Positions 10,574 through 21,200 of a stretch of DNA of 64,000 nucleotides are shown here, piece after piece (within the stretch, counting starts at the first letter, position 1; each line of letters begins with the position of its first letter). Made by a program: the position numbers and the translations under genes. Source of the DNA: Akkermansiaceae bacterium (GTDB taxonomy: Bacteria; Verrucomicrobiota; Verrucomicrobiia; Verrucomicrobiales; Akkermansiaceae); contig JAHCBC010000006.1 in NCBI GenBank assembly GCA_019634595.1, positions 146,980 to 210,979 of the forward strand. The letters run 5' to 3'. Under the pieces are notes generated by a model. That model searched no databases and had not been told where the DNA came from. It was given only the letters and a program-made list of their open reading frames with translations.

Positions 10574-10703
10574 GCTGGGAGCGAAGCGACCATCAGATGA
10601 ATGGCAGAGCCGCGACGTGGCTGTGAGGCCGGGGAAGCTGGACAAGCGGAGCGCTCCACCCGCATTTCAGCTTCGGCGGCCCGGGCCGACCCTGCCGGAA
10701 GAT

Positions 10704-10726
10704 GCCGGTCTGGAGACCGGCGCTCC
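10704..10726 (-). repeat. Single GGAG-type REP-like hairpin
   Basis: Minus strand GGAGC followed by palindrome GCCGGTCT-CC-AGACCGGC. Confidence 0.55.
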
Positions 10727-10736
10727 CAGCGGCACG

Positions 10737-10766
10737 AAAAAAGCCGCCCGTTTCGGGGCGGCTTCT
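10737..10766 (-). terminator. Rho-independent terminator
   Basis: Minus strand GCCGCCCC-GAAA-CGGGCGGC followed by TTTTTT, downstream of the 10851..11234 gene. Confidence 0.8.
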
Positions 10767-10850
10767 GAAAAATTCCGTAGCGGTCACCTCACTCGCTTCG
10801 CTGACGGCCCTCTATGGTTTTTGCGGAGGGCCGTCAGCGGAGCGGTTATG

Positions 10851-11234
10851 TCAGATGCGGAATTGCCATTGGGCGTTCGTCTCGGCCTCACGCCATGCGG
10901 GGCGGCGGGCGATCGGATCCTGGAGCGTGCGGACGGCTTTGCGTCCACCGGTCGAAACGTGGCTTTCGGTTTCGAGTTCGATCACATCCAGGCCCATGTA
11001 GTAGGTGTCGTTGAGGGTCACGACGGACTCTTCTCCGAAGACCTGTGCGAGGTGTCCGGTGAGAAGCGCGGCTTCCTTCTTTCCAAGGAAAAGGAAGGCG
11101 GGCGTCTCATCGTGGTCGCACTTGGAACGGATCAGGGCGGAGATTGCCTCGGTATCCCAGGTATCGCCGAGGGCAAGCTCGGACGGGACCATGGATGGGT
11201 CGGGCAATCGGGGGCTAATACTTCGTAGGTTCAT
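10851..11234 (-). CDS. Hypothetical protein, 127 aa
   Basis: Compact ORF with protein-like composition followed by a terminator. Confidence 0.7.
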   Translation of the reverse strand: MNLRSISPRLPDPSMVPSELALGDTWDTEAISALIRSKCDHDETPAFLFLGKKEAALLTGHLAQVFGEESVVTLNDTYYMGLDVIELETESHVSTGGRKAVRTLQDPIARRPAWREAETNAQWQFRI

Positions 11235-11386
11235 ATGTCTTGTCGTTCGGGTGTTCGAGCATCAGATGCTCACGCTTTCTTAAGCATTCATCATGCCAGC
11301 GCAGGGCTGGCAGGTGATGCGGCGGAAAGTGCCACACGCTCTGGGTCTTGCAACCCGGTGGCAGTGACAAGACTGTTACGGCAAGC

Positions 11387-12520
11387 CTAACGAAGTCCTT
11401 TCAGGTCGGCGAAATCCATGAAGTTCTGCCAGTCCACGAGCTTCAGGTCGTGGTTCCCCTCACGCACGTGATAGCCGACCTGTCCGGTGTGCAGCGGCTT
11501 GCCAAGGGCGGGAAATTCGGAGGTGCCGGTGGTCTGCATGCCGTAGAGCGCATAGACCGGCGCGGCCTCCACGCAGGAGCGGAACTCCGACTTCGGGTCC
11601 GCCCAGGTGTCTTCGATGGCGCTGGCGACATAGGCGGGGCGCGGGGCGATGAGCGCGACGAGCTGGTGCTGGTCCACGGGCAGTTCATCTTCCTTGCCGC
11701 CGAATTTCTTGTAGTTCGTGTTGAACCAGTGGGGGAACAGTTCGTTGATCTTTTTCACGGACTCGCCCACCTTGCCGCGGGAGATGGCGGCTCCGGTGCA
11801 GCCGGAATTGTTGGAGATGACGAGCGCGAAGCGCGGGTCCTCCGCGCCGGCCCAGAGGGCGGTCTTGCCGCCGCGGGAGTGGCCGACGACGGCCACCTTC
11901 TTCGCGTCGATGCGCGGCTCGCCTTCGATGCAGTCGAGCACGCGGGACGCACCCCACGCCCATGCGGCGACGCAGGCCCACGCGTCATCGGCGGGTTTTT
12001 CCGGATCATACTGGAAGCGCACGCCGCGCTCGTAGCCGTCCTTCTTGTCCACATCCACATCGCCATAGTGGAAGCCGACGGCGGCGTAGCCGCGTGCGAC
12101 GATCTCACGCACGGGGAAGAACCCGTTGGGATTGTCAGGGTCCAGCAGGTCCGGCTTGCGGTTGTTGATGAGGAGGAAGGCGGCGGTCGGCTTTTCCGCC
12201 TTGTTCGGCAGCACCACCACGGGGCGGATCTTCCGCTCGCCCTTCGGTGTGTTGAAGGAAATCTCGATGAACTTCACGGTGGCGGCTCCATCGAGCGCGT
12301 CCGGCACTTCCTTCGTCACCACGGCCTTGAAGCCCTCCGGCTTTCCGACGGGCGTGACGCCGTAGATGTTCTCGCGGAACTTTTGCAGCGTCTCCGCGCG
12401 CAGGGACTGCTCCCATTGTTCCTTGGTGGTGATCTTCGTGCCATCCGCTTGCTTGAGCGGGTCCGGCAGCTCCGCGTGGCACGCTGCGGAAAGTAGCAGG
12501 GAAATGAGAAGAGGGCGCAT
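11387..12520 (-). CDS. Secreted CE15-type glucuronoyl/acetyl esterase
   Basis: Signal peptide; GHSRGGK nucleophile motif; AWAWGASRVLD; DQHQLVALIAPRP; YHVREGNH. Confidence 0.85.
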   Translation of the reverse strand: MRPLLISLLLSAACHAELPDPLKQADGTKITTKEQWEQSLRAETLQKFRENIYGVTPVGKPEGFKAVVTKEVPDALDGAATVKFIEISFNTPKGERKIRPVVVLPNKAEKPTAAFLLINNRKPDLLDPDNPNGFFPVREIVARGYAAVGFHYGDVDVDKKDGYERGVRFQYDPEKPADDAWACVAAWAWGASRVLDCIEGEPRIDAKKVAVVGHSRGGKTALWAGAEDPRFALVISNNSGCTGAAISRGKVGESVKKINELFPHWFNTNYKKFGGKEDELPVDQHQLVALIAPRPAYVASAIEDTWADPKSEFRSCVEAAPVYALYGMQTTGTSEFPALGKPLHTGQVGYHVREGNHDLKLVDWQNFMDFADLKGLR

Positions 12521-12602
12521 GATCCGCCGACGTTAGATGTTGGGTGTGGGAGGTCCACCAGAAAGAAGTGGACCGGGAGTGGGGCGGTCCTAGATTCGCG
12601 GC

Positions 12603-13466
12603 ATGGAAGTCATCGCGACGAAGGCGGAGGTCAGGCGCACGCTGCGCGCGGCGGGAAAGCCGGTGGTGCTGGTGCCCACCATGGGCGCGCTGCATGAGGG
12701 CCACCTCTCGCTGGTCCGCCGGGCGCGTGAGATCGCGGGTCCGCAGGGCACGGTTGCGGTTTCCATTTTCGTCAACCCCATCCAGTTCGACCGCGCGTCC
12801 GATCTGGAGGCATACCCCCGTCCGATGGAGAGCGACCTGGCGGCCTGCCGCGCGGAGGGTGTGGATGTGGTCTTCGCCCCCGGCGCGGGGGAGATGTATG
12901 AAGCGGACCGCTCCGTGACGGTGACGGAGGGCGTGCTTTCAAAGGACCTCTGCGGCGCGGCCCGGCCCGGCCACTTTGACGGCGTGTGCACGGTGGTGCT
13001 GAAGCTTTTCCTCATCACGGGATGTGAGGCGGCGGTGTTTGGTGAAAAGGATTTCCAGCAGCTCGCGGTGATCCGCCGGATGGTGCGGGACCTGGATGTG
13101 CCGGTGGAAATCATCGCCCATGAGACGGTGCGCGAGCAGGACGGGCTGGCGATGTCATCGCGCAATGTACGGCTCACGCCGGAACAACGGGCGGCCGCGC
13201 CGCGCATCCGCTTTGCCCTGGCGGCGGCGCGGAACTCGCACAGCCGGGACGCGGGGGAAATCATCGCCATCGCGCGGAAGGAAATCATGGCCTCCCACCC
13301 GACGCACATCGACTACCTGGAACTGGTGGATGAGGAGAGCCTGCATCCGGTGGAGACGGTGGAACGTCCCGCCACCCTGGCCGCGGCGGTGTTTTTCGGA
13401 GAGGTCAGGTTGATCGATCACATCAGGATCGAGCCGCATGAACCCGGCGGCGTGTTGTCCATGTGA
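12603..13466 (+). CDS. panC: Pantoate--beta-alanine ligase
   Basis: VPTMGALHEGH, SIFVNPIQF, RPGHFDGV, FGEKDFQQ, DGLAMSSRN, VRLIDH. Confidence 0.97.
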   Translation: MEVIATKAEVRRTLRAAGKPVVLVPTMGALHEGHLSLVRRAREIAGPQGTVAVSIFVNPIQFDRASDLEAYPRPMESDLAACRAEGVDVVFAPGAGEMYEADRSVTVTEGVLSKDLCGAARPGHFDGVCTVVLKLFLITGCEAAVFGEKDFQQLAVIRRMVRDLDVPVEIIAHETVREQDGLAMSSRNVRLTPEQRAAAPRIRFALAAARNSHSRDAGEIIAIARKEIMASHPTHIDYLELVDEESLHPVETVERPATLAAAVFFGEVRLIDHIRIEPHEPGGVLSM

Positions 13467-13540
13467 CCGGTGGGACGGTCGCCCTGTGCCCGCGCTCCTC
13501 ATCCATTGACATCATCCGCCCGTTCGGATGATGTCATGGA

Positions 13541-14461
13541 ATGATCAGGACCCGTGAACGCTTGGCATGGTTGGTGGTTGTCGTCGCCGTGGTGGTGTGG
13601 GGAAGCCTCCGTGGCGGAGAGAATGATGCGCCGGATGGGAAAGACACCCGGAGTGGGCGCAAACCAAATCCCGCCGCCTCTGCCGGGCGTGACCGTGGCG
13701 GTGATGGCGGCCTGCGCGGGGAGCGTCCGCCACGCGATGAGGACGGCCTGCGGAACTATGCGAACCACGCCCTTTCCGCCCCCTCACGGACGGAGCGGTT
13801 CAAGCGCGTGATGATCATGGTGGATGAGGTCACACCGGAAAACTGGAAGACCATCTGGACGGAATACATCCGGCAATCGCTCGCGGAGGGGCGCTTCCAT
13901 GAGGCGGAGTGGGGGCTTTTCATGAACCGGGTGGGAGAGGTGGGCGGGCCGGATGCCATGGAATATTTCACCCACAACGGTCAGAATGAATACACCTTCA
14001 ACCGCCGCGAGATCCTCGCCGGATGGGCGGCGCAGGATCCACAGGGAGCATGGCGGTGGCTCCAGTCACAGCCGGAGGACAAGCGTCCGCCGGAGTTCTG
14101 GCAGTCCGTGCTGAACGGAGCGGCGGCAAAGGACCCGAAGATCGCGCTCGGCTGGCTGACGGAGGCTCCGCCGGAGGTCGCGGTGCGCGTGGCCCCGGCC
14201 ATCGTGGGGAGCCAGATCCAGGCGGACGGGATGGCGGGCACCATCGCTTCGCTGGAGGAAATGGTGGCGTCCACCCCGCAGGGACAGCCGCCTGCGCCCT
14301 ATCTGGCCGCGTTCTACAAGGAACTCGCCAACCGGGTGCGGCGCATGAAATGGCTGGCTGAAGCCTATCCGGATGTTCCCGGCGCCACGTTGGATCTCAG
14401 CAAGCTGGAAGCGGTTTTCGGCAACAGTGACGCGCAGCCGGCTTCCTCATTGCCGCGTTGA
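13541..14461 (+). CDS. Membrane-anchored hypothetical protein with helical DPxxAxxW repeats
   Basis: N-terminal hydrophobic segment; WAAQDPQGAWRWL and KDPKIALGWL repeats. Confidence 0.75.
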   Translation: MIRTRERLAWLVVVVAVVVWGSLRGGENDAPDGKDTRSGRKPNPAASAGRDRGGDGGLRGERPPRDEDGLRNYANHALSAPSRTERFKRVMIMVDEVTPENWKTIWTEYIRQSLAEGRFHEAEWGLFMNRVGEVGGPDAMEYFTHNGQNEYTFNRREILAGWAAQDPQGAWRWLQSQPEDKRPPEFWQSVLNGAAAKDPKIALGWLTEAPPEVAVRVAPAIVGSQIQADGMAGTIASLEEMVASTPQGQPPAPYLAAFYKELANRVRRMKWLAEAYPDVPGATLDLSKLEAVFGNSDAQPASSLPR

Positions 14462-14488
14462 AGGATGGTCTCCCTCCATCGCTGAAGG

Positions 14489-15052
14489 TCACCCCTTCCG
14501 GGCGATCTCCGCCATCAGCGCGTCGATTTTTTTCTGATCCTTCTCCAGGTCCACCTGCAGTGTGGAGATGCGCACCTTGATGAACTTCCCGTCCTTGATG
14601 CGGATGTAGGTGTCCGACACCCGCACTCCGGGATTCCTGGACTCATCCTCCACCACGTGTTCAAAGGTGTGGCGGCACCACAGGAATGGCACGCCGGCAT
14701 GGGTTTTCCGGCCATTCTCCAGTTCCTTCACGTCCTTGTATTTGCCCAGCTCCTGCATCTTTTCCAGCACGTGCGGCACCGCCTCGATCTCCGCGGCAGC
14801 CTCCGGTGAGGCGATGCCGTCCTTCAGTCCCTTCATCCGCTTGTCATACACGAAGATATCCGCCTGCAGCAGGCGGTCCCCTTCATAGCGGTAGCTTCTG
14901 CCCAGCCCGCGCGTCTGCTCCTCCGTCTCGAAGTCCCTCATGTCGATGAACTCCATTTCGCCGACCTTCTTCGGCAGGAATGCGGGTTCTTCGGCGGCGA
15001 TGGACATCATCGGGAAGCAGGCGAGGAACAGCAGGAGGGCACGGGTTTTCAT
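14489..15052 (-). CDS. Secreted hypothetical protein, 187 aa
   Basis: Start reassigned to MKTRALLLFLACF (signal peptide) within ORF 14489..15235. Confidence 0.75.
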   Translation of the reverse strand: MKTRALLLFLACFPMMSIAAEEPAFLPKKVGEMEFIDMRDFETEEQTRGLGRSYRYEGDRLLQADIFVYDKRMKGLKDGIASPEAAAEIEAVPHVLEKMQELGKYKDVKELENGRKTHAGVPFLWCRHTFEHVVEDESRNPGVRVSDTYIRIKDGKFIKVRISTLQVDLEKDQKKIDALMAEIARKG

Positions 15053-15092
15053 GAGACGGGAATGAGATACGGGATGGAGGTCTGCTGCAAGC

Positions 15093-15116
15093 GTAGCGAA
15101 GCTCGTGAGAGCTTCG
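15093..15116 (+). repeat. Single GTAG-type REP
   Basis: GTAG-CGAAGCTC-GTGA-GAGCTTCG, perfect 8-bp stem, intergenic. Confidence 0.65.
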
Positions 15117-15237
15117 GCGGTGCGTCGTTCCTCCCGGCAAGCAAGCTCCGCTCCCCAGCGGACTTCCTTTACGCCTGTGGTCAGCCCCTCCATCCATCCT
15201 TGCGTTGGCCGCGCGGGGTGGCGAGGATAGGGCATCC

Positions 15238-15810
15238 ATGAAAGCTCTCCTCTTCCTCTCCGCTCCGCTGTTGCTGGCCACCACCGCCGCCGCCCACCCG
15301 GCGGATGAATGGGAGTTCGTGGTGGAGAGCGGCTATCTCTGGAACGTGGGGGACAACACCTCGATTGACTACGAGATCATCCCCACGCAGCTCACCTTCC
15401 GCAGCCCCACCATGTGGACCTGGTTTTCCGGAAATGACGGCTCCCGGCTGGTGGTGCGGAACCGCTTCGCCGCCATCTTCGAGACCATCACCGTCGGGCC
15501 GGAGGACTACTACATCGGCCTCTCCGCCGCGCCTTCCATCGAGTATTGGTTCCCTTCGGAAACGACCTCCATCTTCTTCTCCATCGGCGGCGGCGTGGGC
15601 CTGACCAACAGCACGGACGTCTTCGACGGCCAGGGCCAGGATTTCACGTTCAACTGGTTCAGCCAGCTCGGCGTGCGCCAGCAGATCACCAAGGACCTGT
15701 CGCTGCTGGGCGGCGCGTATTTCGTCCACCACTCCAACGGCGGGCAGACCAGCCCGAACCCGGGCATCGATGCACTGGGCTTCACCATCGGCCTGGGGAT
15801 GCGGTTCTGA
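15238..15810 (+). CDS. Acyloxyacyl hydrolase / PagL-like outer-membrane beta-barrel
   Basis: Signal peptide; FVHHSNGG and NPGIDA motifs; C-terminal aromatic residue (GMRF). Confidence 0.8.
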   Translation: MKALLFLSAPLLLATTAAAHPADEWEFVVESGYLWNVGDNTSIDYEIIPTQLTFRSPTMWTWFSGNDGSRLVVRNRFAAIFETITVGPEDYYIGLSAAPSIEYWFPSETTSIFFSIGGGVGLTNSTDVFDGQGQDFTFNWFSQLGVRQQITKDLSLLGGAYFVHHSNGGQTSPNPGIDALGFTIGLGMRF

Positions 15811-15895
15811 TCCGTGGTGGGGACGCGACCGGCGGGCGCGCCGTCGCTGTCGGCTTGAAGGCACGTCATGTCCGGTGGCTGTGAATTTCCTTCCC

Positions 15896-16663
15896 ATGGG
15901 TGAGGGTAGCGGCATCATCCGGAAAATGCGGCGCGCGGCCACGGTCAGGACATCCCACCAGGAACTCGAGATCTGGAAATCCGACGTGGCCACGGAGTTC
16001 CGCGTGGCCGGGGCCATCCACGCGTCGCATCACCGGCATCGGTTCATGACGGGCCTGGCCTGGGACATCATCGCGGCGTCCGCCCTGCTGCGGCCCGGCG
16101 GTCCGCCGAAGTCGCTGCTGATGCTGGGGCTGGCGGGCGGCACATCCCTGCGCGCGCTGCGCCACCTGCTGCCGGACTGCGAGTTCACCGCCGTGGACAT
16201 CGACGGTGAGATCGTCGAACTGGCACGGGAACACATGGACCTGGACGCCACCGGTGTCCGTGTGCACGTGGCGGATGCCTACCCGTGGCTGGCGGCCAAC
16301 CGCAGGCGGTTCGACGTGGTTTTCGATGACATCTACCTGGCGGGGAAGACGGATGTCTTCCGCCCGCGGCAGTGGGATCCGGCGCTGATGGGGCATCTCA
16401 AGCGCGCGGTGGCCCCCGGTGGGTTGCTGGCGGTGAATCTGGTCACGGGAAAGGGCCACCGGACGATGCAGTCGCTCACGCGCAGGGCGCTGAAAGCGGA
16501 ATACCCCGCCGTGCGCTCACTGGTGACGCCGGAGAGCATGAACGAGGTGCTGGTGGCGGGTGAAGCGGTGGCCCCGGCGTCCGTGCTGGAGGCCTGCACC
16601 GGCCGGTTCCCCAACTGGCGGGACCGCATGTGCTGGGGGAGGATCAAACTACGATACATCTAG
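15896..16663 (+). CDS. Spermidine-synthase-like class I SAM-dependent methyltransferase fold protein
   Basis: LMLGLAGG, AVDIDGEIV, HVADA and FDVVFDDIY motifs. Confidence 0.8.
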   Translation: MGEGSGIIRKMRRAATVRTSHQELEIWKSDVATEFRVAGAIHASHHRHRFMTGLAWDIIAASALLRPGGPPKSLLMLGLAGGTSLRALRHLLPDCEFTAVDIDGEIVELAREHMDLDATGVRVHVADAYPWLAANRRRFDVVFDDIYLAGKTDVFRPRQWDPALMGHLKRAVAPGGLLAVNLVTGKGHRTMQSLTRRALKAEYPAVRSLVTPESMNEVLVAGEAVAPASVLEACTGRFPNWRDRMCWGRIKLRYI

Positions 16664-16668
16664 TGGAT

Positions 16669-18036
16669 ATGGGCAACGAAGCGGTCGGAGAACTCTACCA
16701 GTCGCGCGGTTATCCGCCGATGAGCCATCCCTCGACGGATCCGGCGGCCACCTCCGTCGCCGCATGGTTCGCGGGGTTGCGTCCGCCGGACCTGTCCACC
16801 GCGCGCATCCTGGAGATCGGCTGCGCGTCGGGGCACAACCTGCTGCCGCTGGCGGCACGCTGGCCGGGTGCCGTCTGCACCGGGGCGGACATTTCGGAGG
16901 AAGCCATCGCCCAGGCGCGGAGGAGGGCGGCGGAAGCGGGCATCCGGAACGCGACCTTCATCGCGGCGGATCTGCGGGAGCTGGATCTGGCCGGGCAGGA
17001 GTTCGACTTCATCATCGCGCACGGCGTCTTTTCCTGGGTGGCGGATGATGCGAAAAAAGCGCTGCTGGAATTCTGCGCCCGGCATCTCAGCCCGTCGGGG
17101 ACGGCGACCATCAGCTTCAACCTGTGGGCCGGGTGGGAGAAACGCCTGCCGGTGGTCGCCGCTGCGCGCCGCGTTATGGAGGAGCAAGGGGTGGATGTGG
17201 TGAAGGCGCTGGCCATCCTCCGCGAGGTGATGGCGGAACATGCGGACATCATCGCCATCATCGACGACATGCTGGCCAAGGGTGGGGACATCCTGACCTT
17301 CGACGACTTCGCGCCGATGAACGACCCGTGGCCACTCGACGGCTTCGCCGCCGCCGCCGTGTCCTGCGGCCTGCGCTGGCTGGGCGATTCCAATCCCGCG
17401 GAAAACATCCCGTCATCCCTGGATGACGCCGCCCGGGAAACGCTGGCCCCGCTGGTGGGTGACCCGCTGCGCATGCAGATGACGGCGGATGCCATGGCGG
17501 AGCGCACGTTCCGCTCCGGCTTGCTGTGCCGGGCGGATGCTCCGGTTTCCTCCCGGATGACCACGGGCATGGTGATGGAGCTGGCCGTGCGCCCGCCGGA
17601 GGTGGGGCCGTCCGGCATTGCGCCATTGCTTTCGGATTTCCTGGATGTGCTGGATTCCTTCCGGCCGGACAGCGTGCCGGTCGCGGAGGTGCTGGAGAAG
17701 ATGGGCGTGAAAGACTTTCCCGCCGCCGCGAAGACGGTCTTCCAGGCCATCACCCGCGGGCATCTGCGCGCGCGGACAGAGCCGGTGAGGATCGCCCGGG
17801 AAATGGAGCGTCCGCGGCTCGATCCGTTCCGCCTGCTCTGCGCGCGGGAGCGCATCCCGCTCGTGGACGCATGGCACGCGCCCTGCCTCTTCACGGAAAA
17901 GATCTGGCCGCTGCTCGCGGAAATCGACGGCACGAAGACGGAGGCGGAGCTGGCCGCGGTCGCGCGGCGGCTTTGCCCGGATCTCGCGTTTCCGGTGTGG
18001 TTGAGACATCTGGAGGACCGCGGGATGTTCCGGTAA
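16669..18036 (+). CDS. Class I SAM methyltransferase with methyltransferase regulatory domain
   Basis: YPPMSHP...ARILEIGCASGHN, FDFIIAHGVFSWV, LSPSGTATISFN. Confidence 0.8.
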   Translation: MGNEAVGELYQSRGYPPMSHPSTDPAATSVAAWFAGLRPPDLSTARILEIGCASGHNLLPLAARWPGAVCTGADISEEAIAQARRRAAEAGIRNATFIAADLRELDLAGQEFDFIIAHGVFSWVADDAKKALLEFCARHLSPSGTATISFNLWAGWEKRLPVVAAARRVMEEQGVDVVKALAILREVMAEHADIIAIIDDMLAKGGDILTFDDFAPMNDPWPLDGFAAAAVSCGLRWLGDSNPAENIPSSLDDAARETLAPLVGDPLRMQMTADAMAERTFRSGLLCRADAPVSSRMTTGMVMELAVRPPEVGPSGIAPLLSDFLDVLDSFRPDSVPVAEVLEKMGVKDFPAAAKTVFQAITRGHLRARTEPVRIAREMERPRLDPFRLLCARERIPLVDAWHAPCLFTEKIWPLLAEIDGTKTEAELAAVARRLCPDLAFPVWLRHLEDRGMFR

Positions 18037-18041
18037 GGAGC

Positions 18042-18251
18042 CTTGCTTCCACGCTCGAACAGTTCGTCCGCGATGAGATCGGGCAGGGTGCTTGTGCCTC
18101 GGCGGATGAAGCCATTGCCGCCGGTCTGGCGATGATGTACCCGGGGAAGACGGGGAATGGATGGACGCCGCGTGGAACGACGGAACAAGGGGGCTTTTCC
18201 CCTGAATCGGTTTCCAAATGCCGCCGGGTCGCAAGGCTGTGCCTCGATTGA
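18042..18251 (+). pseudogene. Possible 5'-truncated ParD-like (RHH) antitoxin remnant
   Basis: LASTLEQFVRDEIGQGACASADEAIAAGLAMM resembles the CC2985/ParD pattern; no in-frame start nearby; no toxin downstream. Confidence 0.35.
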
Positions 18252-18299
18252 GGAAAATTCTTCCAAGACTTCCGGATTTCGCGTGTCTTATTGGTTGCG

Positions 18300-21200
18300 A
18301 TGAAGGCGTTTGGTTTTGCGGTTTTCGCGGTTTTTGCATTGGTGGTCCAGAGTGCGTTCGGTCAGGAACCGGCTGCTCTCCGGCAGGAATATGCGCAACT
18401 CATCGAGCGGGGGCTGTGGCGGGACGCCGTGACGTTCTACAAGGAGAAGCTTTCGCCGGTATCGGACGCACGGTCCGGGGAGGATCTGACCAAGGCGGTG
18501 ACGGCCTTGGGACGGCTGAACGAGTGGGCGGAGTTCGATGGATTGGTGGAAACCGCGGTCGCCGGACATCAGGGGAACATGAGGCTGCTGCAGGCGGCGG
18601 CGGATGCCTATCGGAACGCCCCTCAGGCAGGGCGGATCATCGGGGGGAATTTCGAGCGCGGCTGGGCAGGTGCCGGCGGGATCGTGCTGAGAACGGAAAA
18701 CCGCGACCGCGTGAGACGGTTGCAACTGCTGCTGGAGTCGTTGAAGCACCCCGGGGATGAGGCCGTGGTGGCGGAGGGGTGGGCGACGCTCGCCGCGGAG
18801 CTGAAGTCGGATGAGGCATGGAAATTCCAGCTTCTCACCCCTCTTGAAAAACTCCCCGAGTGGGAGGAGCGGGGACCGGAGGGAGCCACGGAGGGCGCGC
18901 CATGGAATGGGGATGCGCCGGTCCTCTATGCCGTCCCTGCTTCCTGGGAAGCCGCCGCGAACGATGGGGAACGGTGGAGGTTCGCGCTTTCCAAATGGGC
19001 CGCCCTGGGGCCTGAGGCCGCGGCGAAAGCGACGATGGAGCTGGCCCGGTTCTCCCAATCGCAGTTCGGCGTGGACACCCTCAACGGGTTCGGCTGGTGG
19101 CGGGACCGTGATCCTGAGAGCGAGAAGGGCATCCTCTCCGTGGAGACGCTGGCGGATGACGAGGTGCTGGCGAAGACGTCCGATGGTGTCCGCCGCTTCA
19201 AGCTGCCGCCTGACTGGCATTTCATCGCCCTCTATCGTTCCGTGCTGGATGCGCCCGGAAGCGGGGCGGACGCCGGCTTCGCGCTGGCCCAGGCCTACCT
19301 GAACCGCCGCCAGTTCGTAAAGGCGGAGGAGGCGCTGGAAGCCCTGATTGCCCGCCACGGTCCCGGCACGGAGGATTTCCGGAAGAAGCTGCTCGACCAG
19401 ATCACCGGCAACTGGGGTCGTTTCGGCATCGCGGAGACCGTGGAGAAGGGTGTCCACCCGCGGATCCCGCTGGTGTTCCGGAATGCGGTGTCGGTCAAGC
19501 TGACCGCCGCACCGGTGGACATGGATGCGGTGCTGGGAGACACCATTTCCTATCTGAAGGGGAACCCGCTTGAGCTGCAGTGGGAGCTTCTCAACCCATC
19601 CGCGATCGCCTCCAGGATCATCCGGGAGGAACAGTCGAAATATGTGGGTGCTCCGGAGAAGGAATGGACGGTGCCGCTCACGCCCGCGGAGGGTCATCGC
19701 AACACCCGGGGAGAGGTGGAGGTGCCGGTGGGCAAGGCCGGGGCGTGGTGGATCAGCGCGGAAATGGAGAACGGCAACCGCTTCCACACCTTGGTGTGGG
19801 TGGTGGATCATGTGCTGGTTCACCGGGATGTGGCGGGCAGCAAGCAGTGGTGGACGGCGGACGCCGCGGACGGAGCGCCGCTGGAGGGGGCGGAGATCGG
19901 GTTCTTCGGCTACCGCACGGTGAACCGCGAGCGGAAAACGCCGCAGGAGCGGAGGATGGACGTCCAGACAAAGTCGTTCACCCGCACGACGGACGCGGAT
20001 GGGAAGACCCTCCTGAAACCCGGCGACATGGAACCGGGCTACGAATGGATGGCGATTTCCCGCAAAGCCGGGCGCGCCACCACCTTCTTCGGCTTCCAGC
20101 CTTTCATGGTCGAGGAACCCTCGTTCGATAACGGCAACCGCGATATCAGCTACGGCATCACCGACAGACCCCTCTACAAGCCGGGGGACAAGCTGCACGT
20201 GAAGTTCTTCCTCAGGAATGTCGGTTACTTCGAGCCGGACGAGGCGAAGTACGCGAACCGCACCGGCACCCTCTCCCTCTTCAATGGCAGGGGTGAGGAA
20301 GCCCTGAAGATACCTGGCCTGCGGACGGACGAACTGGGTGCCCTGGAAGCGGAGGTCGTCATCCCGAAGGACGCTCCGCTGGGGGGCTGGCAGGCGGTTT
20401 TCTCCATTCCGGAGATGATGTCCGGATCGGTGGCGTTCCGGGTGGAGGAGTTCCGGAAGCCGGAGTTCGAAGTCACGGTGGAGGCCCCTTCCGTGCCCGT
20501 GAAGCTGGGCGGAAAGTTTTCAGCGAAAGTGAAGGCCGCCTACTTCCATGGTGCGCCGGTGAGGGAGGCGGAGGTCGAGGTGATCGTGAAGCGTTCCGCC
20601 CTTTCGGAAAGGTGGTTCCCCGCAGGCCGGTGGGACTGGCTCTATGGGCGTGGTGCCTGGTGGCCCGGGACGGATGCCGCGTGGCACCCGGGCTGGGGGG
20701 GATGGTCCTGCCAGCCGCCACCCTCACCATGGATGGTGAACCGCAGGTGGACACCGGATGAGCTGGTCCTGCGGCGGACCATGAAGATCGGCGCGGATGG
20801 GACGGTGGACGTGGAAGTCGACACCGCGCAGGTTCTTGAAACCCACGGCGACATGGACGCGCGCTATTCCATCGAGGCCCGGGTGGTCGATGCCTCCCGC
20901 CGTGAGGAACACGGGTCCGGCAGCGTCATCGCGGCCCGCAAGCCGTTCGAGGTGGTGACATGGGCGGATCGTGGCTTCACGGCTCCCGGGGAGACGGTGG
21001 AGGCGAATGTTTCCGCTGCAACGCTGGCCGGGGTGCCGGTGGCGGGGGCACGGGGGACGCTGAAACTTTTCCGCCTGTCCCTGGATGCGGACGGCAAGGT
21101 GGTGGAAACCGAGGCTTCCTCGTGGCCGGTGGAGACGGATGCGGCCGGGCGGATTTCGCAGAGATTCCCCGCCCCGGAAGCCGGGCAATACCGCCTTGCC

